DNA from: an uncultured Planctomycetaceae bacterium
GTDB taxonomy: Bacteria; Planctomycetota; Planctomycetia; Pirellulales; PALSA-1355
Assembly (NCBI GenBank): GCA_963785305.1
Contig: CAWAUV010000007.1
Span: 960,270 to 1,024,269 of the forward strand
Direction of reading: 5' to 3'
DNA: 64,000 bases
Both the position numbers and the translations under genes were made by a program. Under the pieces are notes generated by a model that did not search any database, was not told where the DNA came from, and saw only the letters and a program-made list of their open reading frames with translations. How positions within the stretch are numbered: the first letter of the stretch is position 1; the number at the start of each line of letters is the position of its first letter. Of this stretch, positions 1 to 10,718 are shown piece by piece.

Positions 1-18
1 CCGGGGCCAGCGCGTATC

Positions 19-1878
19 ATGAGCTCCATGACACAAATCCACTATGAATATGATGTCGTCGTCGTGGGCGCTGGCCACGCCGGAGTCGAGGCGGCGCTGG
101 CCGCCGCGCGGCTCGCGCGCGGACCGCGTTGCTCACGACGAACTGCGACACCGTGGGCCAAATGAGCTGCAATCCGGCCATTGGCGGAGTGGCCAAGGGG
201 CAGATCGTGCGCGAGATCGATGCCCTGGGCGGCGCCATGGCCCAAGCCATCGACGCCACCGGCATTCAGTTTCGCCTGCTCAATCGCCGCAAGGGCCCGG
301 CGATGCACAGTCCGCGCGCCCAGGCCGATAAAAAAGCCTATCAAGCCGAAATCAAACGTATCGTCGAAGAGCAGCCGAATCTCACGCTGCGTCAAGAAGT
401 CGTCGAAGACCTCGAAGTGGTTCGCGGCAGCACGGCGGGCGACGGATTTAACGACGGCGCCAACGACGGCCGGTCGACGATCGTCGGTGTCCGAGTGCGC
501 GGCGATGCGATCTATCGCGCACCGAAAGTCGTCATCACCACCGGCACCTTTCTCCAAGCGATCATGCACACCGGCGAGGCCAAGACCGCCGGCGGTCGAG
601 CAGGGGAGGGGACCACCACCGGAATCAGCGCCGCGCTCGCCCGGCTCGGATTCACCCTGGCCCGTTTCAAAACCGGCACCCCGCCGCGGCTCAATGGTCG
701 CACGATCGACTACAGCCGCGTCGAGCTTCAGCCCGGCGACGACGACCCGCGGCCGTTTTCGTTTCTCACCACCGCGATCGCCGGACCGCAATTGCCCTGT
801 TGGATCACGCACACCAACGAAGCGGCCCATGCCCTCATTCGCGCCAATTTACATCGGGCGCCCATGTATTCGGGCCAGATTCGCTCGAGCGGTCCGCGGT
901 ACTGTCCGTCGATCGAAGATAAGGTCGTGCGGTTCGCCGACAAAGAGAGCCATCAACTTTTCCTCGAGCCCGAGGGACGCAACACGCGCGAAATTTATGT
1001 CAATGGTGTCTCGACCAGCTTGCCGCGCGATGTGCAAGACGCGGTGCTGCGGCTGACGCCGGGTCTCGAGCGGGCCGAGGTGATGCGCTATGGCTATGCG
1101 GTGGAATACGACTATTCACCGCCCGATCAGCTCCGGCCCACGCTGGAAACGAAGCATGTGCGCGGACTCTACTTGGCTGGCCAGATCAACGGCACGACCG
1201 GCTACGAAGAAGCCGCGGCCCAGGGACTCGTGGCCGGGGCCAACGCGGCGCTCGACTTGGCTGGCCGAGAGCCGCTCGTGGTGAGCCGCGAGCAAGCCTA
1301 TATCGGCGTGCTCGTCGATGATCTCGTCACGCGCGGGGTCGACGAACCCTATCGCATGTTCACGAGCCGGGCCGAATATCGCCTGCTGCTTCGCCACGAC
1401 AACGCCGACCGACGGCTCACGCCGCTCGGCCGCCAACTAGGCCTGGTCGATGAAGCCCGCTGGCGGCGCTTCGCCGCCAAGCAAGCGGCGATCGACAAGC
1501 TCCGCGAACGGATCGAATCGCAAAGCGGTCCGGAAGGTCCCTGGGTCAAATGGCTGCGCCGCCCGGAGGTGGGCTGGGCCGATCTCGTGGCCCGGGCGCC
1601 CGAACTGGCCGAGTTCGCCGCCGAGGTGTCGGACCAAGTGGTGTGCGACATCAAATACGCGGGCTACATTGCCCGGCAGGAGATGGACATTGCCCGAGTC
1701 GAGCGCTGGGCGGAGAAGCGCATACCGAGCGATTTCGATTTCGCCTCGCTGGGCCAATTGCGGGCCGAGGCGCGAGAAACTAAGCCGCATCCAACCGGCA
1801 AGCTTGGCCCAAGCCAGCCGGATCAGCGGCATCACCCCAGCCGACGTGGCGCTGTTGATGCTGCACTTGGACCGTTAA
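19..1878 (+). CDS. mnmG: tRNA uridine-5-carboxymethylaminomethyl(34) synthesis enzyme MnmG (GidA); reading frame broken twice
   Basis: From ATG 19 the FAD motif [23 protein letters not shown] is read in one frame. [10 protein letters not shown]...[16 protein letters not shown] continues in ORF 129..1886. The C-terminus [23 protein letters not shown] lies in ORF 1450..1878. Frame switches fall near 115-120 (GCGCGC run) and 1774-1780 (GAGAAAC). Confidence 0.85.
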
Positions 1879-1937
1879 AAGTGTGAGCGAGGCCGGTTTC
1901 GTCAATATATAGACCCGCCCTGTTTAGTCCGACCCGT

Positions 1938-2255
1938 TCACCTTGCACCGCCGGTGAAGTGCTTGTACTGGGCGTGCGTGCCCACCCAATACCAGACATT
2001 GATTCCATCGACTGGAATGTAGACGGCCCTGTATTGCATGTTCACCGAGACCGAAAAGCTGCCCGGCTCGTGGCTGCCCTCTTTCGGATTATTGAGTTCG
2101 TGGTGGCGCAAGGAGGAATGCGCGGGATTGGCATTGAAAAGCTCGCAAGCAGTGCGAACCGCATCTTGAACGAACGTCGGCAGGATCGCGTTCCGCTCCC
2201 GGAACGATCGGGTGGTTCGGTTGCGTTCTCTAAATGAACTCGACAGTTTCGCCAT
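1938..2255 (-). CDS. RelE/ParE-superfamily (HigB-like) type II toxin
   Basis: 105-aa ORF ending ...NMQYRAVYIPVDGINVWYWVGTHAQYKHF, preceded by FNANPAHSSLRHHEL. This is the typical RelE/HigB-like C-terminal pattern (recalled, not searched). It overlaps the upstream small ORF by 26 nt and lies in a lower-GC patch. Confidence 0.55.
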   Translation of the reverse strand: MAKLSSSFRERNRTTRSFRERNAILPTFVQDAVRTACELFNANPAHSSLRHHELNNPKEGSHEPGSFSVSVNMQYRAVYIPVDGINVWYWVGTHAQYKHFTGGAR

Positions 2256-2508
2256 TTCCGTGCTCGGTCCGTGCTGACTCGCTCAGGCGAATAACTGCTT
2301 CGGACATGGGCCAGTCGTCGTGTTCATTGAATTCCACGATGGCAATCATTTCTTCGACGCAATCGCGGAACTCTTCGAGATTGTCGATGGCATGGCCTCG
2401 TTGCCGCTGGTTGACGATCCATTCGTTAGCCAACTCGACCGGTCGGAGCCATGCCTTGCAAAGGCGACGGATCGGCCGCATGGAGCCGGTCATCATGCTC
2501 GCCTCCAT
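2230..2508 (-). CDS. putative cognate antitoxin (small acidic ORF upstream of the toxin)
   Basis: 92-aa ORF immediately upstream of, and overlapping, the RelE-like ORF. The protein-like stretch is ELANEWIVNQRQRGHAIDNLEEFRDCVEEMIAIVEFNEHDDW. No family was recognised and the start is uncertain. Confidence 0.35.
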   Translation of the reverse strand: MEASMMTGSMRPIRRLCKAWLRPVELANEWIVNQRQRGHAIDNLEEFRDCVEEMIAIVEFNEHDDWPMSEAVIRLSESARTEHGNGETVEFI

Positions 2509-3049
2509 CCTGGTGCTCGGCGGCCTGAACGGCGCGTTCTCCCCGGATGATCCAGTGAAACGCGTCGATTCCCATTTGGAGATAGGCTTCGCAGTTGCGT
2601 CAATCCATCGCCACTTCGTGGCGGCGCATTAAATCGTCGAACTCTTCAATGTACGAAGCGACATGCTTCTCGGCGTTTTTCACGGCGAGGTGGTCAGTGC
2701 TCATTGCGGTGGTCCGTAACCGGAGATGCGGTAGGGCAAGACGAACACCGTGTCGCGAGGATGCGGCGGCTTCCGTACGGCGAGTGTCCGAGAGCATCCG
2801 CGCATCTTGGCTAATATCGGCCGGGTCGTCGTGGCCGCTTTACAAAATGCGACTGCAAGCGACAAGTTTCGCCTGGGCGATTTTATTCTAGTCGGGCCCC
2901 AAGTTATGGGCAAAAAAATGGCGCCACCAGTCCGAACAGTCGCGACTCGGCTGGCGAGCGCACGCGGGAAAATCGGCGCGAAACGAGCGTTGTATTGGTT
3001 TAAATGGAAATCTCGAAAACGGGTCCAATGACGGGGCAAGCCGCCGGCC

Positions 3050-3490
3050 TCATTTCGTCTCGGCGTCGTGCTTCAGCAGGCTGGTGGTGATGGCTTGGAA
3101 CACCGGGCCGAGCGAGCGGAGGTCGCGATCCTCGGCCTGGCAGATCACCAAGCAGGTGGCTCTCCGGGTGCGGAAGCCTTGCACGATCGCGGTGCTGGTG
3201 AGATCGAGGCAAAAGAAGTTGACTTCATAGCCATCGACCGCGCGGCCGGCCAAGGTTTCATGAAGCGGAGTCGCGTCGCAGTCGTCGTATTCGCTTTTGA
3301 AGGCTTGGGCCGCCGCGCCGGCGAGCACGGCCGGATCGGCGGTCACATCGTCGAGCACGATCGACCAAAACGCGCCCTCGGGACTATGGACCGACACCGC
3401 GGCGCTGCCCACCACGGCGTCGGCCTCGTCGAGTGTCCAGTTATCCGGATACATGAACCGGATTCCCATTTTGTCGTAAATGTGCGGCAT
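3050..3490 (-). CDS. hypothetical protein
   Basis: Clean 146-aa ORF with balanced composition (MPHIYDKMGIRFMYPDNWTLDEADAV...). No family recognised. Confidence 0.5.
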   Translation of the reverse strand: MPHIYDKMGIRFMYPDNWTLDEADAVVGSAAVSVHSPEGAFWSIVLDDVTADPAVLAGAAAQAFKSEYDDCDATPLHETLAGRAVDGYEVNFFCLDLTSTAIVQGFRTRRATCLVICQAEDRDLRSLGPVFQAITTSLLKHDAETK

Positions 3491-3502
3491 GGTGTTTCGC
3501 CT

Positions 3503-5863
3503 TTATTTGCTCGCGCTGCTCGAAGGTTCGGCCAGCGCGCGACCGATGCCATCGCCCTCGTAACGCGGCCCGGCCTCGAAGAATACGTTGTCTCGCACCA
3601 GCACCCCATGGGGCTCGCCATCGACACGAATCACGCCAAATGGATTCTTCATCACGCAGTGCTCGATCACGCCTTGCTCGAGCCGCCCGTGGGCGCGAAT
3701 ATTGCCCGAGTTGTCGGCGGCGAGCGTTTCGCGGCGATGCACCGTGCAGCGCGTGAGCGGGCCGGCGAAAGCGGGGGAAATCCGCCCTCCGCCCGAGAGC
3801 TCGATATCGGTGCGTCCCTCGGTGGCCTGATTGTCGAAAAACTGAACATGCCAGCTTGGCTCATACCAGTCGTCGGAATGAACTCCGTAGTTGATTAGCA
3901 GGCCCGCGCGAACGAGCGTGTTGCGGGCACAGATCACATCGATGCTCGTGCCATAGCCGGCGTTGACCCAGGCCGGGTCTTCGAACCGATTGTCGACAAT
4001 GAGCACTCGCCCACTGAAGGGCACAATCGACAGCACACTGGTCGCGTCGGGCGCTGACATCGAACGGACGGTCGATCTTCCAATCGCGGCCCGAGTTCGA
4101 CACCGCGTCGCGCCATTGGCCGGCGCCGCGGCCGTGCAGAATGCAAAGCACAGCCCACTTGCGCCACCAGTCGCTCGACTCGGGGGCCCAGGTGGGATAG
4201 GTCGGGTCGGCGGCCAGGGTCACTCGCTCGCCATCGGTTTTGGCGATCGCGCCGAAATAGGCGCCGGCGCTGGCGTCGAAGGTGAAGGAGTAGTCGGCCT
4301 GATGGGCGTAGAGGCTTTCTTGCGTGTTATGGGCATAGAAGATATTCCGCCCGCGGCCGGCGATGTTTTGGTAGGCCGTGGGGTCGAGGCCCACGAACTT
4401 GTTGTGTTCGCAGATCACTTCGCGCGAAGCGCCGAGCTCGGTATTGACCTTCATGGTCAAGATGCGGTTGTGGTCGACGATGCCATGATGTCCCAGATGC
4501 ACGCCGCCGCCTTTGGCGAAGATATCGCAGTTCGAGATTTGAAAATTCTTGCCGACGCGCACCGCCGTGCCATCGCCGCGGCCTTCGAGCAGCCACGAGT
4601 GGTCGATGCGAATTCGCGCCTGACGCATGCGGAACCGGTCGTCGGCCACGATGCCTTGACGGTAATTGCGAGGAAAATAAAAGCTCATTTCCTCAATGCC
4701 GTAGTCGGCCCCGTGGATCAGCGGTTCGGGCGCCGGAGGTTCATTGGCCACTTTGGCGCACGCCCTTGATCGCCGCCGCCATCGAGATTGAAGTGTCCCG
4801 AACCCCACCACAACGTCACGATCCCCATGCCCTCGCCACGCAGCAGGGTGTTTTTGGGCACGTCGATCGAGCCTTTCATTGCATAGCGCCCGGCAGGGAA
4901 GTACACCACGCCGCCGCCCTTTTCCTTGGCTTTCTTGAGGGCGGCTTGAATGCCGGCGGTGCGATCGATCGGCTGGCGGTATTTCATCAGCGACTCGCGC
5001 ATCTCCTTCGCCGCGTTGGGCCCTTCGGTTTCGAGCACGCTGAACACGGCGCTGGGAGTTTCATGGCGAGCCACGATTCGTATCTCGCCCGCCGAGCGCC
5101 ATGTGGCCGGGCCGCCCCAGCCATTGTGTACCCACACGGTATACGATCCCAGCGGCGCATCGCCCGGCGCTTGGCAGCGAAGCGAATAGACGTCGCCCGC
5201 GCCGGCGCCCGAGGGGTCGTGAGCCGCTGGGTCTTGCTCGGCCGTGCTCACGGTGTCGCGATCGATCGCGGTCTGGAGCGAGATCGCGGCGCCTTCGGCG
5301 GGCACGAGCCAAACTTGCGGTTTGCCTTGGCCGCCGAGCGATTTGCCTTGCACTCGCAGCCAGCCGCCCGGCGTGGCGGCATCGCCTTCGTCGCCTTGCG
5401 CCCACCAGGGCTCGGGCGCATTGACCAGTTGCGGCGAGGTCGTGGCTCCGGCCACGGTGAGGCGATAGGCGAACACGCCGGGCTTGAATCCGCGAGGCAC
5501 GACAAACTTGAGCGATTCATTCGTGCCTTGCAGCGCGGGCGTGGCTTGCCAAGCGCCAAAACGCGGCGCGATCTTGGGATTTTCTCGGGCCATGGTGGGC
5601 GGCCGAGCCGGATCTTCGTCTTCGAGCCGCGCCATTTCGATCTTCGTGTCCGGCCCCAGATCGGCCCCTTCCAGGAGCACGGTTTCATCGGGCCGAACCG
5701 GATCGGAGGCCCAAAAAACGGCCGGCGCTCCGGCCCATGCCGCGCTCGACGCGAAGAGCACCGAGAATGCCGAGAGAGCCATGAGCGACGAAAGCGGAAA
5801 GAAAGTCACATTCGTCGCGCGGCCGATGAGCGGGCGAGATGATTGTTCGGAGAACGAGCTCAC
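3503..5863 (-). CDS. secreted right-handed beta-helix (pectate-lyase-fold) protein, split into three ORFs by two frame switches
   Basis: Signal-like N-terminus (LSSLMALSAFSVLFASSAAWA). The motif GGGVVYFPAGRYAMKGSIDVPKNTLLRGEG is typical of pectate_lyase_3-type beta-helix starts. Sequence continuity runs across ORFs 4718..6001, 3861..4811 and 3503..4060, with joins near 4750 and 4057. The start (GTG 5863) is tentative. Confidence 0.6.
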
Positions 5864-6069
5864 GAAGCCTCCAGGGTGGCGAGGGTGTGCGGGCGGGGGT
5901 GGAAAATGCGGCGAGCGGGCAACGGCGTGCCGACATTGGGCGGGTCTCCCCATGGTAAACACTGAAATTCGCGGGTCAATCTCTCGCGCGGACCGGGACA
6001 ATGACCGAAATACGCCTTAACGCCAAGGCATGGCTCAAGATAGAATTAGGCCACGGAGGAAAAAACCCA

Positions 6070-7134
6070 ATGATGACCGACGACAGTCTCGCGTTCTTCA
6101 AAAAACTGCTCGAAACTCCCAGTCCCTCGGGCTACGAACAACCGATTCAAAAAGTGGTCCGCGAATATGCCGCCACTTTCGCCGACGAGATCACGACTGA
6201 TTTGCATGGCAACCTCGTGGCCGTCTGCAATCCCGGGGCGCCGCTCCGCGTGATGCTGGCCGGCCACTGCGATCAGATCGGCTTTCTCGTGCAACATATC
6301 GACGCCGACGGCTTCCTCTGGACCCAGCCGATCGGCGGCTGGGACCCGCAAGTGCTCATCGGCCAGCGGCTCACGGTCTGGACCCGCTCGGGCCCGATCT
6401 CGGGAGTCTGTTCCCGCAAGGCGATCCATTTGCTCACCGAGGAAGAGCGGAAGCAAGTGCCCAAGCTCAAGGACCTGTGGGTCGATATCGGCGCGAAGAA
6501 TCGCGACGACGCCGCCGAGCGCGTGCAAGTGGGCGACCCGGTGACGCCCGAACTCGGCTATAAGCCAATGCTCAACGGCCTGGCCAGCTCGCCGGCGATG
6601 GACGACAAGTGCGGTGTGTTCGTGGCGTTCGAGGCGCTCCGGCGGGCGAGCCAGGGCAAGCTCAACTGCGCGCTCCATGCGGTGTCGACGGTGCAAGAAG
6701 AGATCGGCCTCCGCGGCGCCACGACGAGCACCTTCAATATTCATCCGACGGTCGGCATCGCGATCGATGTGACCCACGCCACCGATTGCCCGACGATCGA
6801 TAAAAAACAAGAAGGCGATATCGCGCTGGGCCGCGGCCCGGTGATTTATCGCGGCCCGAACATGAACCCAAAGGTGGTCGATTTATTGCTCGAGACGGCC
6901 AGGGAGAGCGAATCGCCCTATCAACTGGCGGCGACCGGCCGGGCCACCCCGACCGACGCCAACACGATGCAGGTCAGCCGGGGCGGCGTGGCGACGGCGC
7001 TGGTGAGCGTGCCGAATCGTTACATGCACAGCCCGGTGGAAATGATCGCGCTATCGGATATCGACCGCGCCGCCGACCTGCTGGCCGGCTTTGCCAAACG
7101 CCTAACGGGCGATGAGGATTTTCGGCCATCGTGA
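6070..7134 (+). CDS. M42 family metallopeptidase (FrvX/YsdC-like aminopeptidase/endoglucanase)
   Basis: Motifs TPSPSGYE, AGHCDQIG, AMDDKCG, VQEEIGLRGA and YMHSPVE. A GGAGGA Shine-Dalgarno lies 9 nt upstream of ATG 6070. Confidence 0.85.
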   Translation: MMTDDSLAFFKKLLETPSPSGYEQPIQKVVREYAATFADEITTDLHGNLVAVCNPGAPLRVMLAGHCDQIGFLVQHIDADGFLWTQPIGGWDPQVLIGQRLTVWTRSGPISGVCSRKAIHLLTEEERKQVPKLKDLWVDIGAKNRDDAAERVQVGDPVTPELGYKPMLNGLASSPAMDDKCGVFVAFEALRRASQGKLNCALHAVSTVQEEIGLRGATTSTFNIHPTVGIAIDVTHATDCPTIDKKQEGDIALGRGPVIYRGPNMNPKVVDLLLETARESESPYQLAATGRATPTDANTMQVSRGGVATALVSVPNRYMHSPVEMIALSDIDRAADLLAGFAKRLTGDEDFRPS

Positions 7135-7235
7135 GCGCTGCCGTGTGATGGCAAACGAGTCTCGGCCCGCAAGCGTGACACACCCTTAAAAGACGTGGTG
7201 GCAGCATCCATGCGCAGAATCGGCAATCGTGCCGG

Positions 7236-7262
7236 TCACCGCTTCGTCGGGCGGCGTTCCGC
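7236..7262. repeat. 27-bp direct repeat, copy 1 (TCACCGCTTCGTCGGGCGGCGTTCCGC), a displaced copy of the hrpB 3' end
   Basis: Identical to 8036..8062. Its reverse complement encodes AERRPTKR-stop, the last codons of hrpB. Confidence 0.9.
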
Positions 7263-7334
7263 GGCGGCTTCGTGCGCCGTCATTCGGCCGCGCTAGCTTT
7301 CTACGGCTTGGCGCGGACATGCGCGAGCGCGCGG

Positions 7335-7703
7335 TCAGCGACCAATTGGCAAGGAGCGGATGCGAAAACGGTCCTCCGTGACCGATACCACGGCCCCGGC
7401 ATTAATTTCCACGCCAGCCGCGCTCATGACACGAATCAGGATCGCCGACAGTTGTTCACTCTGTAACCCTTCGATCCGCAGTCGAATTACGGAGGGCGAT
7501 GTTGCGCTGGAGGCCGCAAGGAGACGATGGAAATCCGCGTCGAGGGTGACGATCACCGCCTCTCGCGTTCGGGCGAATTCCAATATCGCTTCGTCCGTCG
7601 CCGTGGCCATTCCCAAATCGCCTATGTGCGCGGCGGCGATCCCGGCGTCCGCGAGGTGCTTGACCGTCGAACGCGGCAGACCTTGATCCAGGAGCAGCAT
7701 CAT
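7335..7703 (-). CDS. DUF5615-family PIN-like putative toxin
   Basis: MMLLLDQGLPRSTVKHLADAGIAAAHIGDLG...DEAILEFARTREAVIVTLDADFHRLL matches the DUF5615/Mut7-C-like pattern. There is an ATGA start/stop overlap with the upstream DUF433 ORF. Confidence 0.7.
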   Translation of the reverse strand: MMLLLDQGLPRSTVKHLADAGIAAAHIGDLGMATATDEAILEFARTREAVIVTLDADFHRLLAASSATSPSVIRLRIEGLQSEQLSAILIRVMSAAGVEINAGAVVSVTEDRFRIRSLPIGR

Positions 7704-7933
7704 GCCGTGGGCCGTAGTTCAATAACTCGGTCGTCTAGATTGGCCGCGGCGTAGGCTAACGCTTGGCGAATGTCTTCGTCGTCGAGCTCCGGATACTCGA
7801 CCCGAAGGTCATTCCTGTTCGGGTATGCGGCCAGCGCTTCCAATACACGTCGCACGGTGAGTCGCATGCCGCGGATGCATGGTTGGCCGTTGAGCTGCGC
7901 CGGATCGAAGGTGATGCGGTCCAAAGTCGTCAT
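7700..7933 (-). CDS. DUF433-family putative antitoxin
   Basis: ITFDPAQLNGQPCIRGMRLTVRRVLEALAAYPNRNDLRVEYPELDDEDIRQALAYAA is the classic DUF433 signature. The start is taken at the internal ATG 7933. Confidence 0.7.
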   Translation of the reverse strand: MTTLDRITFDPAQLNGQPCIRGMRLTVRRVLEALAAYPNRNDLRVEYPELDDEDIRQALAYAAANLDDRVIELRPTA

Positions 7934-8035
7934 CGCTTTTTGAGCTCCCCTGTTCGGTGTATCGCGCACCATCATTGTATCGGCGCTCGCCAAATAATGC
8001 AGCCGTTCGGCAAGACGGCCGCGAACCAATTCCCC

Positions 8036-8062
8036 TCACCGCTTCGTCGGGCGGCGTTCCGC
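8036..8062. repeat. 27-bp direct repeat, copy 2 (functional 3' end of hrpB)
   Basis: Perfect match to 7236..7262, exactly 800 bp away. Confidence 0.9.
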
Positions 8063-10696
8063 TCGGGCTTGCAGAGGATCCTCGGGCCAGGCATGTTTCG
8101 GGTAGCGGCGGCGTAGCTCCTTGCGAACTTCGGCATAGGCGCCCGACCAGAAACTCGCCAAATCGTCGGTAATCTGCTGCGGACGCATGCTCGGCGAGAG
8201 CAGATGCAACAGCACCGGCGCCCGGCCGGCCGCCAGCCGGGGCGTGGCGGTCCAGCCGAAGATTTCTTGAATGCGCACCGCCAAGACCGGCGCTTTGCCG
8301 AGCGGATAGTCGAGCGTCGCTTGCGAGCCGCTCGGCAGTCGCAGTCGCTCGGGCGCCTCGCGATCGAGCGCCAACCGCTGGACGCTATCGAGCGTTTCCA
8401 AGATTGGGCCCTCGAAGCTCCGCCGACTGAGATCGGCGAACGAGACACAGCCTTCGCACAGACGCGGCAGAAGCTCGCCGAGTTGCTCATCGCTCCAGGC
8501 GGGTAGTTGCAACTCGGGCATCGCGCGGCGGAGAAAATCGAGCCGCCCCAAAAGCCGCTCGGCCCGCGCGTCGAGCCAGTCGCGTGGGCTCTTTCGCTCG
8601 AGCGCGGCGGCGGCCAAACGCTCGGCGGCGCGGGCGTCGGCCGGCAGATTCGTGGCCGCTTCTTCCAACACCAAGTCGCGCCACCGCACGCGCCGCCAAG
8701 CCACGACCCGCTCTCTTTCGGCATCGAACTCGACATCGACAGCGGTCGTGAGCTGCTCGGCGGGGAGCCACCGGCGCTCGATGGCCGACGCCACGCGCAC
8801 CAGCGCTTCGCTCCCGCGGGCTTCATGCAATTCAATGGCGATGAACAACTCGGCCTCGCGCACGGCGCTCTTCGCATCGAGCCGCACGCCGCGCCCGCCC
8901 ACCATTAGGCCGCGCTCACTACCCGGCTCGCGGCGCCGAACCACGCGATCGGGAAACGCCGCGAGGAGCGCCCTGCGCAGGGAGAGATCGCTCGTCGCGT
9001 CGGTCGGCGCATCCTGCCGTGCGCGATCCCGGGGCCGATGCGATTCAACCGAGCGCTCGAGATCGTCGGCCACGCGCAGCAGATGCCGGATCGTGACAGA
9101 ATCGAGGCCCGACCGCCCGCGCGGGCCGCGACCCGCTTCTTCAATCGCTTTGATGCGATCGAGCACATCGCTATCGGACCAACGGCCCGGGCCTGCGAGG
9201 CGGCCCATGGCGTCGCGCTCGCTGAGGATCGCCGCGGCCAAACAGCAAGGACCCAGGGCGCCGAGCCGCTGGCCTTCGATCAGCAGTCGCGCCAGGCGCG
9301 GATGCACCGGCCAGCGGGCCATGCGTCGCCCCAGCGCGGTGGCTTTGGCCGAGCGAATCGCGATGGCCGATGATTCGGAGAGCTCGGCGTGCTCCGCAAT
9401 GGTTTCGGCGGCGCCGAGATCGGCCAGGAGCGCGAGCGCGGCGGTGAGCCGCGCGTCGCTCGGTCGCTCGAACCAACCGAAAGCGCCGAGGTCGCGTTCG
9501 CCCCAGACCAGGAGCTCGAGCGCTGCGCCGGCAAGGTCGACGCGCTGAATCTCGGGCGTTGCATGGGCTTCGAGCGCATGATGACGTCGCTCGGTCCAGA
9601 GCCTCAGGCAATGTCCCGGCCCGGTGCGGCCCGCGCGGCCGGCTCGCTGTTCGGCCGAGGCTTTCGAGATGCGCACAAGCGCGAGGCGATTGAAGCCGGT
9701 CTCCGGATCGGCCTGCATTTGCCGAGCCCAGCCGCTATCGACCACGATCTCGACGCCTTCGATCGTGAGCGAGGTCTCGGCCACATTGGTCGCCAGCACG
9801 ATCTTGCGCCGTGGACCGGGACGCAGCACCGCTTGCTGCTCACCGAGCGGCATCTCACCGTGGAGCGGCGACAGGGTCCAGCCGTGGCGATGCGCCAGGG
9901 GCGAGAGCAACGCGGCAGTGCGATGAATCTCGCCGACGCCCGGCAGAAATACGAGCACATCGCCGGTCGCGATGCGCGCCGTCATGCGCTCGACCCCTTT
10001 GGCCATGGTCTCGTCGAGCGGGCCGCTCGGCTCATGGAGCAGATACTCGATTGCCACCGGCCACGCCCGACCTTGGCTCACCAGCGACGGCGCGGGAGCG
10101 CTGCTCGCTTTGCCCGCGGGCTCGCCGAGGAATTCCGCGATGGGCCCCATATCGAGCGTGGCCGACATCACCACGATCTTGAGATCGGGCCGCGTCTCGC
10201 GCCGCACGCGCCGGGCCATGGCCAGCGCCAAATCGGCATGGAGGCTTCGCTCGTGGAATTCATCGAACACGAGCACATCGATGCCTTCGAGAAACGGATC
10301 GTCGGCCAGCATGCGAATCAAGATGCCTTCGGTCACGACGACGAGCCGAGTGGCGGGGCCGACGCATGATTCGAATCGCACCTGATAGCCGACTTCGCCG
10401 CCGAGCTCGACCTGCCGCTCGGCCGCGATGCGCGCCGCCGCCGCCCGAGCCGCCAGCCGCCGCGGCTGCGAGACGATAATCCGGCCTCGCGGCGTCGGTT
10501 CCTTGGCTCGCGACTCCTCAAGCATCGCCGCTTCGGCCAGCGCGGCGTCGAGCAGCGCGGCGGGAACGCGCGTGGTCTTGCCGGCGCCGGGCGGGGCGAG
10601 CAGCACGAGCCGGCCATGGGCCCGGGTCTGGGCGACGATCTCGTCCAAGAGCGGATCGATCGCCAGCGGTTCGCGCTGTGGAGGACGAGCGGGCAA
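8036..10696 (-). CDS. hrpB: ATP-dependent DEAH-box helicase HrpB
   Basis: Intact 886-aa ORF with Walker A APPGAGKTT, the DEAH-type box VVFDEFHERS, ATNVAETSLTIEG, QRAGRAGR and an HrpB-type C-terminal domain. Confidence 0.9.
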   Translation of the reverse strand: MPARPPQREPLAIDPLLDEIVAQTRAHGRLVLLAPPGAGKTTRVPAALLDAALAEAAMLEESRAKEPTPRGRIIVSQPRRLAARAAAARIAAERQVELGGEVGYQVRFESCVGPATRLVVVTEGILIRMLADDPFLEGIDVLVFDEFHERSLHADLALAMARRVRRETRPDLKIVVMSATLDMGPIAEFLGEPAGKASSAPAPSLVSQGRAWPVAIEYLLHEPSGPLDETMAKGVERMTARIATGDVLVFLPGVGEIHRTAALLSPLAHRHGWTLSPLHGEMPLGEQQAVLRPGPRRKIVLATNVAETSLTIEGVEIVVDSGWARQMQADPETGFNRLALVRISKASAEQRAGRAGRTGPGHCLRLWTERRHHALEAHATPEIQRVDLAGAALELLVWGERDLGAFGWFERPSDARLTAALALLADLGAAETIAEHAELSESSAIAIRSAKATALGRRMARWPVHPRLARLLIEGQRLGALGPCCLAAAILSERDAMGRLAGPGRWSDSDVLDRIKAIEEAGRGPRGRSGLDSVTIRHLLRVADDLERSVESHRPRDRARQDAPTDATSDLSLRRALLAAFPDRVVRRREPGSERGLMVGGRGVRLDAKSAVREAELFIAIELHEARGSEALVRVASAIERRWLPAEQLTTAVDVEFDAERERVVAWRRVRWRDLVLEEAATNLPADARAAERLAAAALERKSPRDWLDARAERLLGRLDFLRRAMPELQLPAWSDEQLGELLPRLCEGCVSFADLSRRSFEGPILETLDSVQRLALDREAPERLRLPSGSQATLDYPLGKAPVLAVRIQEIFGWTATPRLAAGRAPVLLHLLSPSMRPQQITDDLASFWSGAYAEVRKELRRRYPKHAWPEDPLQARAERRPTKR

Positions 10697-10718
10697 AAGA
10701 GACTTCCTCGCTGGATAC

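Noticed and set aside
42-830. 262-aa minus-strand ORF antisense to mnmG
   Set aside because: Arg/Gly/Ala-rich shadow ORF of a high-GC gene. The plus strand carries unmistakable MnmG motifs.
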